Source: an uncultured Cellvibrionaceae bacterium (GTDB taxonomy: Bacteria; Pseudomonadota; Gammaproteobacteria; Pseudomonadales; Cellvibrionaceae). From it: a stretch of 64,000 nucleotides of DNA. Below the pieces are notes generated by a model. The model saw only the letters and a list, made by a program, of their open reading frames with translations. It had not been told where the DNA came from and did no database searches. The translations under genes and the position numbers were made by a program. The stretch lies in contig CAYFFE010000001.1 in assembly GCA_964342265.1 (NCBI GenBank), forward strand, positions 4,362 through 68,361, in the 5' to 3' direction. Position 1 is the first letter of the stretch. Each line of letters begins with the position of its first letter. This document shows positions 38,472 through 48,061 of this stretch, piece by piece.

Positions 38472-39620
38472 CTAATCCTTCGGCGAATCGAACAGGCTTT
38501 TCACTATGGCAGAAGAGTGAGTGTCTTTTTCGGCATCGTCTTTGGAATCAGATTCGGATTCATCAGCTGAGGTGGTGTCGGTGGATGTTGCAGGCGTGTC
38601 CTCAGTGTTGTTTTCCGAAGTTTTATCTTCCGTTGTTGCACTGCTAAAGCCGCTGTTAAACGCCGCAACGTTGTTGGTCTCGGGCTTATCTTCGCTAGCC
38701 GGTGTCTCGGTAGTTTCGTTTGCCGATACATCCGTGCTGGCAGTTGGCGTAGCAGGAGTTGGTGTTGTGCTTGCAGGGCTGGCCGGTGTTGCCACTGCAG
38801 GCGTATCGTCGTTTGCCGTCGTTGTTAGGAGCGACGATTGTTCAGGAGCTTCCTCTTTTTCAACTTTTGGTTTACGACCGCGCTTTTTTGGCGCCGCTGG
38901 CGCTGGGTTGGCAGTGGCTTCGGCTTTGGGCTTGCGGCCGCGCTTTTTCGGCGCCGGAGCTGCTTCGCCAGTAGCAGCGGTCTCTGCTTTTGGTTTTCGG
39001 CCGCGCTTTTTCGGCGCTGGCTGGGTGCTTTCTGTTGCAGTGGTCGCGGCGGCCTTCGGCTTACGACCGCGTTTTTTCGGCGCCGCTGCTGCTTCAGTGG
39101 TTGCGGTTGCAGCTTTTGGCTTACGGCCTCGCTTTTTAGGGGCGGCCTCTTTTTCGGTTGTTTCCGATTTTGCAGCGGTGGCGCTAGCTGCTTTGGGTTT
39201 GCGTCCGCGTTTTTTCGGTGCGGCTTTTTTACCCAGTTTTGCGGCTTCTTTCGAAATCGCTTTGCTGATGTTATTGAATTCTTTAATTTCTTCTTTAATA
39301 GCTTTCGCTGTTTCTTTAGCAGCGGCAACCTCGGCTTTGGCTAATGCCTGAGCTTCTTTGGCCGTGGCCATTGCTTCTTTGGCCTTTTCGGCACGGGCTT
39401 TTTGTGCAGCCGTCTTTACATTTTTTACGGCGGTGGTGGCTTTGGATTTTGCCGTGGTGAGTTTCTTCGCGGCTGCAGCATAGGCTTTCTCGGCTTTTGC
39501 TACCGCCTTCTCGGCATCAGTGGCTTTCTTTTGTCGGGCTTTTTCTAAGTCTGCGGTAACTTTCGCGATGCTCTTTTCAAGCTCGGCAATCGATGCAACA
39601 GGTTTCTTTCGGGCGGCCAT
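38472..39620 (-). CDS. AlgP-like histone-like protein with six PKKRGRKPK repeats and an acidic tail
   Basis: ATG 39620 after AAGGA; MAARKKPV N-terminus and K/A coiled coil resemble AlgP; lies between TIGR02444 and an FKBP gene. Confidence 0.8.
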   Translation of the reverse strand: MAARKKPVASIAELEKSIAKVTADLEKARQKKATDAEKAVAKAEKAYAAAAKKLTTAKSKATTAVKNVKTAAQKARAEKAKEAMATAKEAQALAKAEVAAAKETAKAIKEEIKEFNNISKAISKEAAKLGKKAAPKKRGRKPKAASATAAKSETTEKEAAPKKRGRKPKAATATTEAAAAPKKRGRKPKAAATTATESTQPAPKKRGRKPKAETAATGEAAPAPKKRGRKPKAEATANPAPAAPKKRGRKPKVEKEEAPEQSSLLTTTANDDTPAVATPASPASTTPTPATPTASTDVSANETTETPASEDKPETNNVAAFNSGFSSATTEDKTSENNTEDTPATSTDTTSADESESDSKDDAEKDTHSSAIVKSLFDSPKD

Positions 39621-40682
39621 GGATACGTCCTTTAAGTCAGTGAAAAGAAATAAATTGCGTGGCAAAAATATAATAACGCTACTGGTAAAAAAAATGTACG
39701 TTTTATCGCCTGATTGGCAAAAAAAATGTGCATTAATTGGATTTGGGATCGCTTTGTGAGTTTCTTGCAATGCAATTACGAACAAAATTGGCCGCTGCTA
39801 AAGATTTGGGGTTCGTAATGCGTTTCGACTAACAGCGCAAAGCCGCAAAGTAATTTGGTTAAACCGTTTGTTCTTTAACAAATCAGCAATCGCTAGTTTG
39901 CTACTTTGCGAGCGTCGTGAATTGTAAATGCCGTGTTCAGTTCAAGTAATGCTAGGTGTGAATCGGTAATTATGTCGGACCCTTATTAAGTGCTGTGATA
40001 AATGCCGACTGAAATCAGTATTTGGGTAATCAATCCGACCGCTAACAGTCGATTGGGCGGTATTGCAAAATCACTAACTGCTCGTTCATCAAACTATCTA
40101 GCTGTGGCTAAATTACGATGCCGTTGTTATTGGCCAAACAATTTAAGGCTCGGCCAATGAGTAGATCGGCGAGTCGCTCTCTGCAATGTTGACAAATGGC
40201 GCAAAAGCTCAGTGTGTGAGTCGTCTATAAAGCACTCAAAGTGTGTTGTTGCGCGCAACTTATCCGTTTGCTGGGTGCCTGGGTTTGTAAGGCGGTGGCG
40301 ATCTTGGTATGTTCGAGCCCGCTCAGTGTGTTCAATTTGCCGTGAGCAGTGAACTCTTGCCTAACTGTCGGTCCAATATTTTTGCAACGCGCCACCGCTA
40401 CAATACTGGCGGCTCAAATTGCCGTTTATTATGGCGTTGCGGTTTGAGCGAAATGGACGTTGGTACCGCTAAAAGGCTTCGATGTGTAATCTAAATGCAT
40501 TACCATGCCGCAGGCACAGATAGGCGGCTCGCTGGGAATGCAGTGGTTTAACCTTATTCGGGTTTTATCGTTGGGGGAATCTCGGTAAAGCTCAACTCTG
40601 CTCTAAGTGCAGGCGGTTTGCATTACCTCAGTAAAAAGTTCGCGGTCACTCTGTTAAATCTATCAATAAATAGGAACAAGCA

Positions 40683-41480
40683 ATGAAATTTAAAGTAATT
40701 ATTGGAGCCGTGGCGAGCTCGGTACTGTTAGCAGCCTGTAATGGCGAGAAAAAACAGGAAGAACAAGCTCCACTACAACTAGACACAACCGAACAAAAGG
40801 TTAGCTACATTCAAGGCTACCGTTTGAGCCGTCAGTTGGAAGAGTTGGAATTCAGCTTGGACAGCAGTGCCATGCAAGCGGGTATTGAAGATCACTTGGC
40901 GGGTAAAGAGTCTCGCTTCAGCGATACCGAAACGCGCACTGTTATGACCGATTTCCAAAACTCTATGTTGGAAAAACAAAAAGAATTGCGCGCTAAGCAA
41001 GATAAAGAGCGCAAAGCCGCTGCCAAAGCCAATGCCGCAGAAGGCGAAGCTTTCATGACCGAAAACGCTGCTAAAGATGGCGTTGTAACCACCGACAGTG
41101 GTTTGCAGTACCGCGTAATTACCGAAGGTACTGGCGAGCAGCCGAAACCTACCGACAAAGTTACTGTTAATTACCGTGGTACGTTAATCGACGGCACTGA
41201 GTTCGACAGCTCTTACAGCCGTGGTCAACCCGCCACTTTTGGCGTAACTCAAGTTATTCCAGGTTGGACCGAAGCGCTGCAATTAATGAGCGAAGGTTCA
41301 AAATGGGAATTGTACATTCCTTCCGATTTGGCTTACGGCGAAACCGGTGCGCCTCCTTCAATCGAGCCAAACTCCACTTTGATTTTCGAAGTTGATTTGC
41401 TCAACATCGGCGAGCCGAAAAAAGTTGAAGCTGAAGCGGAAACCGAAACGGAAGAAGCTGAAGCCTCTGCAGAAGGTTAA
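40683..41480 (+). CDS. FKBP-type peptidyl-prolyl isomerase (FkpA/FklB family), lipoprotein
   Basis: Lipobox LAAC, SGLQY, YRGTLIDGTEFDSS, VIPGWTEAL, IPSDLAYG. Confidence 0.95.
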   Translation: MKFKVIIGAVASSVLLAACNGEKKQEEQAPLQLDTTEQKVSYIQGYRLSRQLEELEFSLDSSAMQAGIEDHLAGKESRFSDTETRTVMTDFQNSMLEKQKELRAKQDKERKAAAKANAAEGEAFMTENAAKDGVVTTDSGLQYRVITEGTGEQPKPTDKVTVNYRGTLIDGTEFDSSYSRGQPATFGVTQVIPGWTEALQLMSEGSKWELYIPSDLAYGETGAPPSIEPNSTLIFEVDLLNIGEPKKVEAEAETETEEAEASAEG

Positions 41481-41502
41481 AGCGCACACGCCGCTAACCT
41501 GT

Positions 41503-41536
41503 AAAAAAAGCCCTGTTGCGAAACAGGGCTTTTTTT
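41503..41536. terminator. Bidirectional intrinsic terminator
   Basis: AAAAAAAGCCCTGTT-GCGA-AACAGGGCTTTTTTT between the convergent FKBP and rep genes. Confidence 0.9.
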
Positions 41537-41596
41537 GTGTTTGCGACGGGGGTTTTTATCGCGGCAAACACACTGAGCGTCATCAGGCCGACCGAT

Positions 41597-43621
41597 TTAA
41601 TTGTCCTCTTCGTCGAACATGGCCATTAAATTGGTGAGTGCGGCCTGGCCTTTTTGTTGATTTTCTTCCGGTGTGGCGTTACCAAAGCCTTCGAATTCCA
41701 AATCTTCGCGCGGTAATTCTTCGATAAAGCGGCTGTCGCTGGTTTCTGCGGTTTCGCCGTATTGTTTGCGTTTAGCAGCCAGCAGTAATGTTAAGGATTT
41801 TTGTGCGCGCGTGATTCCCACGTACGCGAGGCGTCGTTCTTCCTCGACGTTTTCTTCCTCAATACTGGTGCGATGAGGCAGGATGTCTTCTTCCATGCCT
41901 AAAATAAATACGTGCGGAAATTCCAACCCTTTAGAGGCGTGCAGCGTGAGCATTTGCACCTGATCTTGAATTTCCTCTTCTTTTTGCCGCTCCAACAAAT
42001 CCATTAACACCAATTTGGTAATGGCATCTTTTAAATTAATGGCCTCGCGGGCGGGATCTTCGGGCTTTAACATGCGGCCGATGGAATCGAGCAGGTAGTA
42101 AACATTTTCCATGCGCCGCTCGGCCACCTTGGAGGAGCTGGCGTTTTGATGCAGCCAACCCTCGTAATCGATGTCACTCACCATCTCGCGAATGGCGGAC
42201 ATGGCTTCGTCGGTTTCGGCATTTAGGCTGATGTTCATTAACCACTGGTGAAAACGCTGCAAACGTTGCAGGGCATTTTCCGACACCTGCGATTGCAAGC
42301 CCAATTCCTGGCAGGCGGTAAATAAACTGATGTCTCTTTGCGTGGCGTAACGGCCCAGTGCTTCTAACGTGGTTGGGCCAATTTGCCGACGCGGTGTGTT
42401 GATGATGCGCAAAAAGGCGTTGTCGTCGTCGGGGTTAACCACCAAACGCAAATAGGCCATGATGTCTTTAATTTCGGCGCGGGCAAAAAATGAGGTGCCG
42501 CCGCTTAAGGTGTAGGGAATTTGGTGGTGCTGCAATTTCATTTCCATCAAGCGCGCTTGATGGTTGCTGCGATAAAGGATGGCAAAATCTTGGTATTTGG
42601 CCTGACGATTTAAACGCAGGGCAATAATTTCGTTGGCCACGCGCTCGGCTTCGGCTTCTTCGTTACTGCATTTAATAATGCGAATGGGATCGCCGATGCC
42701 CTTATCGCTCCACAGGGTTTTTTCGAATGTGTGTGGGTTATTGGCAATAAGGTGGTTGGCGGTTTTTAGGATTCGCTGTGTGGAGCGATAATTTTGCTCC
42801 AATTTAATAACTTCTAAATTAGGAAAATCCACCGTTAATTGCGTCATATTTTCTGGCCGTGCTCCGCGCCAAGCGTAAATCGACTGATCGTCGTCCCCCA
42901 CCACGGTTAAGGTGCCGCGATCGCCAATTAATTGTTTGACGAGCAAATATTGGGCGTTGTTGGTGTCTTGGTATTCGTCGACTAATAAATAGCGAATGCG
43001 TTTTTGCCAGCGCTGTAAAATATCCGGTTGATCTTGAAATAACTGCACGGGCAATAGGATAAGATCATCAAAATCCACGGCGTTGTAGGCGCGCAACGCT
43101 TGGCAATAGCGCTGGTATACCAGGGCGATTTTAACTTCGCCATCGCTCTCGGCTTTGCTTAACGCATGGCCCGGCAAGACCTGATCGTTTTTCCAATTGG
43201 AGATAATATTTTGCGTGAGGTTAAGTTGATCGGAATCCAAATCGCCGTCTTTGAGCATTAATTCTTTAATAAGTGCGCGGGCGTCTTCGGCATCAAAAAT
43301 GGAAAAGCCCGGTTTAAAACCCAGCGATTGATATTCGCGGCGAATAATATTCAACCCCAAATTGTGAAACGTCGAAACGGTTAACCCTTTGGCGGCGCTG
43401 CCGGTGACCAGCGATTGCGCGCGTTCTTTCATTTCTTTGGCGGCTTTGTTGGTAAAGGTCAGCGCGGCAATGTAGCGCGCGCTAATACCGCACTGCTCGA
43501 TTAAATAGGCAATTTTGCGAGTGATTACGCTGGTTTTGCCACTGCCCGCGCCGGCCAGTACCAGGCACGGACCGCTGACGTATTGCACGGCTTGTTTTTG
43601 ACGTGGATTGAGTTGAGTCAC
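41597..43621 (-). CDS. rep: Rep helicase
   Basis: LNPRQ, AGAGSGKTSVITRKIA, VDEYQDTN, WRGARPEN, TLHASKGLEF. Confidence 0.96.
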   Translation of the reverse strand: MTQLNPRQKQAVQYVSGPCLVLAGAGSGKTSVITRKIAYLIEQCGISARYIAALTFTNKAAKEMKERAQSLVTGSAAKGLTVSTFHNLGLNIIRREYQSLGFKPGFSIFDAEDARALIKELMLKDGDLDSDQLNLTQNIISNWKNDQVLPGHALSKAESDGEVKIALVYQRYCQALRAYNAVDFDDLILLPVQLFQDQPDILQRWQKRIRYLLVDEYQDTNNAQYLLVKQLIGDRGTLTVVGDDDQSIYAWRGARPENMTQLTVDFPNLEVIKLEQNYRSTQRILKTANHLIANNPHTFEKTLWSDKGIGDPIRIIKCSNEEAEAERVANEIIALRLNRQAKYQDFAILYRSNHQARLMEMKLQHHQIPYTLSGGTSFFARAEIKDIMAYLRLVVNPDDDNAFLRIINTPRRQIGPTTLEALGRYATQRDISLFTACQELGLQSQVSENALQRLQRFHQWLMNISLNAETDEAMSAIREMVSDIDYEGWLHQNASSSKVAERRMENVYYLLDSIGRMLKPEDPAREAINLKDAITKLVLMDLLERQKEEEIQDQVQMLTLHASKGLEFPHVFILGMEEDILPHRTSIEEENVEEERRLAYVGITRAQKSLTLLLAAKRKQYGETAETSDSRFIEELPREDLEFEGFGNATPEENQQKGQAALTNLMAMFDEEDN

Positions 43622-43905
43622 GCGTTTTGGGTTTCCGAATTTTTGAATAAGTGTTTCATGGCCTGGGCGTTCGCCAAATAGTAAAAGCCAACTATATTAA
43701 GTATTAGGGTCCAAAACCGACCCTAAGACAGTTTGTTCACCAACAGGCCATTAGTGTAAGTGGCCCGGAGCGAAACCGAAAGCTACGCGGCAACGTTCGC
43801 TGGTATCTAATTCAGTCTGTCTTTATTCAGCCAGCAGGCAACGCCCAGTCCATCGGTTGTAAACGCCGGCGTTGTTCGGAATTCAAACAATAATTAGCTG
43901 ATGCA

Positions 43906-45618
43906 ATGGAATCCGATATTCATGTTTTAGTGGCAACGCCGCACGAAGGCGAGTTCGATCTTATCCAGGCTCGATTGGCGCAGTTTGACCAATACATTTG
44001 TCATTGGCAGGCGCAGCTTCCCGGCTTGGACAAGTTAATTGCTACTAATGAATTTCAGTTATTGCTGTTGCAGCATCACTGGCTGAAAAAAACCTCGCAA
44101 ATGCTGCTGTATCGGCTCAACCATCTGGCCAAACCCATTCCGGTGGTGGTGTTTACCGAATTCCAAGAATCCGATCTGGACGACCAGCTCATCGCCGCCG
44201 GCGCGGACGATTACTTCTCTTTGGATAACCTCACCAACGAACGCCTGGATCGACTCTTGCGCCACGCCGTGATTCGCTGCGACTACGAACAGCGCCTGGT
44301 GGCTCGGGCCAAATACGATCAACTGTGTGGCATCGCCAGCCGAGAAAAGTTTAACGATCGACTCAACCATGCGGTGAACGTCAATCGCCGCAACCGCAGC
44401 CGTTTTGCCGTGGCGTTGGTCGACATCAACCAGTTTAAGCACGTCAACGATCAGCACGGTAAGGCCATCGGCGATCAGGCCCTGGTGGAAGTGGCCAAGC
44501 GCTTGCAGCAAGCGGTACGCGACAGCGATTCGGTGGCGCGGTTGGCCAGCGATGAATTCATTGTGCTGGCCGAGGGGATTGATTCTCAGGAGGGCATTGA
44601 AGCGCTGGCGGAGAAGTTGGTTCGTCAAATCAAAAACCCCATTGTGTTGGGCAATATTACCCTGGAGTTGAGTTTAGCGGTGGGCGTTGCCGTATTCCCC
44701 GACAGCGGCGACGATGCCGACAGCCTCTTGGCCCACGTAGATCAAGCCTTGCAAGAGGCGAAAAGTTTGGCCGGCAACAACTACTCCATTCACCAACGCC
44801 AAAACGGCGGCCATCAATGTGCTGGCGAGGATTTGCACGGCGATTTGCTGCGCGCCATCAAGCGCAATGATTTACGCATTTGCTATCAACCGAGAGTGGA
44901 TATCAACTCCGGTAAAATTACTGCCGTAGAAGCCCTCCTACGCTGGCCCCATCCCGAAAAAGGCCTGCTCGCGCCGGCGGAATTTTTCCCCATGGCCAAA
45001 AGCAAGGGCTTGATTTCTACGTTGGGCTTTTGGGTGCTGCAAGAAGCTGTAAGCCAGTGGCAACACTTGAATTTATCGCTGGATCAGCCGATTGGCTTGG
45101 TAGTGAATGTGGCCCCGACCATGCTCGCCGAAGTAAAAATGATCGATAAACTGCGTGTCTGTGCCGATAAATCCGCCGATGGTCAACTGATCGGCCTGGA
45201 GTTAGAGGTGGATCAATCCGCCTGGCTCAAGCAGGGCCGATGCATTGAAGCGCTGTCGCTGGCCACCGAAAAAATGGGCGTGGTTTGGTCGGTGGATGGT
45301 GTGGGCAAAGGCTATTTGCCGCTTGGCGACATCGCCAGCCGGGCCGTGCAAAGCTTGGTGATCGATCGGGCAGTGATTGCGCAATCGGAAATCGATGACA
45401 ACACCGCAGCCTTGGTTAAGGGCTTGGTGGCCCTGGGTGATAGCCTGAATAAACAAATCGTTGCCCAGGGCGTAGAGAATTTACCGCAAATGCGCCTGCT
45501 GCAGGGTTGGGGGTGCCACCTAGTGCAGGGTTATTTTACGTCGTCTCCGCTGACGCTTGGCGACTTACGAGTGCGCCTGTTGCAGCAAAAACGCGGGCAG
45601 CTGACCTTTCTTGGCTAA
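43906..45618 (+). CDS. Receiver-like/GGDEF/EAL protein with degenerate catalytic motifs
   Basis: GADDY receiver remnant; FKHVNDQHG; ASDEF in place of GGDEF; YQP..EALLRW; DGVGKG in place of DDFGTG. Confidence 0.9.
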   Translation: MESDIHVLVATPHEGEFDLIQARLAQFDQYICHWQAQLPGLDKLIATNEFQLLLLQHHWLKKTSQMLLYRLNHLAKPIPVVVFTEFQESDLDDQLIAAGADDYFSLDNLTNERLDRLLRHAVIRCDYEQRLVARAKYDQLCGIASREKFNDRLNHAVNVNRRNRSRFAVALVDINQFKHVNDQHGKAIGDQALVEVAKRLQQAVRDSDSVARLASDEFIVLAEGIDSQEGIEALAEKLVRQIKNPIVLGNITLELSLAVGVAVFPDSGDDADSLLAHVDQALQEAKSLAGNNYSIHQRQNGGHQCAGEDLHGDLLRAIKRNDLRICYQPRVDINSGKITAVEALLRWPHPEKGLLAPAEFFPMAKSKGLISTLGFWVLQEAVSQWQHLNLSLDQPIGLVVNVAPTMLAEVKMIDKLRVCADKSADGQLIGLELEVDQSAWLKQGRCIEALSLATEKMGVVWSVDGVGKGYLPLGDIASRAVQSLVIDRAVIAQSEIDDNTAALVKGLVALGDSLNKQIVAQGVENLPQMRLLQGWGCHLVQGYFTSSPLTLGDLRVRLLQQKRGQLTFLG

Positions 45619-45760
45619 TACCGGCCGATTCGCTTTAAATTCAGTCGCTTAATAATAAGCATTTTCTAATAACCATCGGTTATGTCGAACTAAGTCTATT
45701 TTCCCTCCCCGACTCTGGGTATAATCGCGGCCAATTTTTACCCGCCCAGAGAATCTCCCT

Positions 45761-47572
45761 GTGATTGAGAAGTTAAGAAACATCGCCATTATCGCCCACG
45801 TTGACCACGGCAAAACCACCCTGGTTGATAAACTTTTAAGCCAATCGGGTACCCTCGATCGCAAGGACGAAGGTGCTGAGCGAATCATGGACTCCAACGA
45901 CCAGGAAAAGGAGCGGGGCATCACCATTTTGGCGAAAAACACCGCCATTCGCTGGAACGACTACCGCATCAACATCGTAGACACCCCAGGACACGCCGAC
46001 TTTGGCGGCGAAGTGGAGCGAGTCATGTCGATGGTCGACTCCGTATTGCTGTTGGTCGACGCCCAAGACGGCCCCATGCCACAAACACGATTCGTAACCT
46101 CCAAAGCTTTTGAGCGCGGCCTAAAACCCATTGTGGTGATCAACAAGATCGACCGCCCCGGTGCCCGTCCGGACTGGGTAATGGATCAGGTGTTCGACCT
46201 GTTCGACAATTTAGGTGCCACTGACGAGCAATTGGACTTTCCGGTTATCTACGCCTCGGCGCTTAACGGCATCGCCGGCGATGACCCGGAAAACATGGCC
46301 GAAGACATGACGCCGCTCTATCAAATGATCGTCGATCGCGTGCCGCATCCGGATGTTGATCCCGATGCGCCTTTCCAAATGCAGATTTCCGCTCTGGATT
46401 ACGACAGCTACACCGGCGTAATCGGTGTGGGCCGCATTTCTCGCGGTAGCCTTAAGCCGAACCAACAGGTGGTGGTGAAATCCGCCGATGGCACAGAACG
46501 CAAAGGCCGCGTACTGAACGTAAAAGGCTACATGGGGCTGCAGCGTGTCGACACCGAACTGGCCACCGCCGGTGACATCGTGTGTATTAACGGTATCGAC
46601 AAACTGAGTATTTCCGACACCTTGTGCGATCCCGAAAACATCGAAGCGCTGCCCGCGCTTACTGTTGATGAGCCCACCGTGAGCATGACCTTTATGGTCA
46701 ACGACTCGCCGTTTGCCGGCAAAGAGGGCAAGTTCGTTACCTCGCGCAACATTAAAGAACGTTTGGAGCAAGAGCTGATTCACAACGTGGCTCTGCGTGT
46801 TAAGCAAGGCGACAGTGCCGATAAATTCATCGTTTCAGGTCGCGGCGAGTTGCACTTGTCGGTATTGATCGAAAACATGCGTCGCGAAGGTTTTGAGTTG
46901 GGCGTTTCACGTCCGGAAGTGGTGCAAAAAGAAATCGACGGCGAAATCCAAGAGCCTTACGAGGCCGTGGTTATCGACGTGGAAGACGAGCACCAGGGCC
47001 CGGTTATGGAAGAGTTGGGCTTGCGCAAAGCGGAAATGACCAACATGGAGCCCGATGGCAAAGGTCGAGTACGCTTGCAATTTATTGTGCCGTCGCGTGG
47101 CTTGATTGGATTCCGTGGTTTGTTCCTAACCATGACGTCTGGCTCGGGCATTATGACCAGCGTATTCGATCACTATGGCCCGGTTAAAATGGGCGACATG
47201 GCCGGTCGTCAAAACGGTGTTTTGGTGAGCATGGTCTCGGGTAAAACACTGGCCTATGCACTATACAGTTTGCAGGATCGCGGTCGATTATTCCTGGGCC
47301 ACGGCGTCGATATTTACGAAGGCCAAGTTATCGGTATTCACAGTCGCGCCAACGATCTGGTGGTTAACCCCACGAAAGCCAAACAATTAACCAACGTGCG
47401 CGCCGCCGGCACCGACGAAGCCTTAACACTGACTCCGCCGATCAAGCACACCCTTGAACAGGCGTTGGAATTTATTGAAGACGACGAACTGGTAGAAGTA
47501 ACGCCCGAGAGCATTCGCATTCGTAAAAAATTGCTTAACGAAAACGAACGCAAGCGCGCGAAAAATAAATAA
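45761..47572 (+). CDS. typA: Translational GTPase TypA/BipA
   Basis: [30 protein letters not shown]. Confidence 0.98.
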   Translation: MIEKLRNIAIIAHVDHGKTTLVDKLLSQSGTLDRKDEGAERIMDSNDQEKERGITILAKNTAIRWNDYRINIVDTPGHADFGGEVERVMSMVDSVLLLVDAQDGPMPQTRFVTSKAFERGLKPIVVINKIDRPGARPDWVMDQVFDLFDNLGATDEQLDFPVIYASALNGIAGDDPENMAEDMTPLYQMIVDRVPHPDVDPDAPFQMQISALDYDSYTGVIGVGRISRGSLKPNQQVVVKSADGTERKGRVLNVKGYMGLQRVDTELATAGDIVCINGIDKLSISDTLCDPENIEALPALTVDEPTVSMTFMVNDSPFAGKEGKFVTSRNIKERLEQELIHNVALRVKQGDSADKFIVSGRGELHLSVLIENMRREGFELGVSRPEVVQKEIDGEIQEPYEAVVIDVEDEHQGPVMEELGLRKAEMTNMEPDGKGRVRLQFIVPSRGLIGFRGLFLTMTSGSGIMTSVFDHYGPVKMGDMAGRQNGVLVSMVSGKTLAYALYSLQDRGRLFLGHGVDIYEGQVIGIHSRANDLVVNPTKAKQLTNVRAAGTDEALTLTPPIKHTLEQALEFIEDDELVEVTPESIRIRKKLLNENERKRAKNK

Positions 47573-47585
47573 GTCGGTAAATAGA

Positions 47586-47611
47586 GCACTCTGCCATTAA
47601 TGGCAGAGTGC
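47586..47611 (+). terminator. Hairpin downstream of typA
   Basis: GCACTCTGCCAT-TA-ATGGCAGAGTGC followed by T-rich sequence. Confidence 0.65.
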
Positions 47612-47667
47612 TGCTTATTATTTGCTTTGTTATTCAATTGTTTTCAAACCCAATCAAGAGCCAAACC

Positions 47668-47985
47668 ATGAAAATAAAATTAATTGTATTATTATTTCTG
47701 GCTCAGCTTGCCCTGACGGGTTGCGAAAAAGTTATTAATAAAGCCGCAGCTGAGTATTTAAAATTAAACTTAAAAGATACCTGCGGCGAAGATGATCCTG
47801 AATGTATTGCCGCTGTTGAAGATCAGTTTGATCCCTGTCACGAGCAATACGAAGACGATTGGAGTCAGTACATGGAAGCCAGCGATTCCGAGTCGGATGA
47901 GCGGTTAGAAATCTATTCCGAAAATATGTACAACTGCATTGTGGATAAAGACGGCGACCCTTATTTTTATTACTCGCCGGAATAG
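47668..47985 (+). CDS. Small acidic cysteine-containing lipoprotein
   Basis: MKIKLIVLLFLAQLALTGC lipobox; four further Cys. Confidence 0.75.
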   Translation: MKIKLIVLLFLAQLALTGCEKVINKAAAEYLKLNLKDTCGEDDPECIAAVEDQFDPCHEQYEDDWSQYMEASDSESDERLEIYSENMYNCIVDKDGDPYFYYSPE

Positions 47986-47988
47986 TTT

Positions 47989-48022
47989 TAGGAAACTCTG
48001 ATTAATCCATCCATGAGTTAAT
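47989..48022. repeat. Palindromic intergenic element, copy 2 (truncated)
   Basis: TAGGAAACTCTGATTAATCC-ATCCAT-GAGTTAAT matches the reverse complement of copy 1. Confidence 0.65.
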
Positions 48023-48061
48023 ACTCGAGTCTACAACTCTCGCCCTTTTGGCCATCGGGTG

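Noticed and set aside
38521-39351. Long alternative-frame ORFs over the AlgP-like gene, and its extended start at 39785
   Set aside because: Low-complexity shadows; the RBS and N-terminal motif support ATG 39620.
40490-40640. Cobalamin or other riboswitch upstream of the FKBP gene
   Set aside because: Only a GGGAA fragment; no B12 box or matching architecture, and the downstream gene is unrelated.
20188-43621. Two SF1 helicases as a defence system
   Set aside because: They are the ordinary uvrD and rep paralogues, with no nuclease partners.
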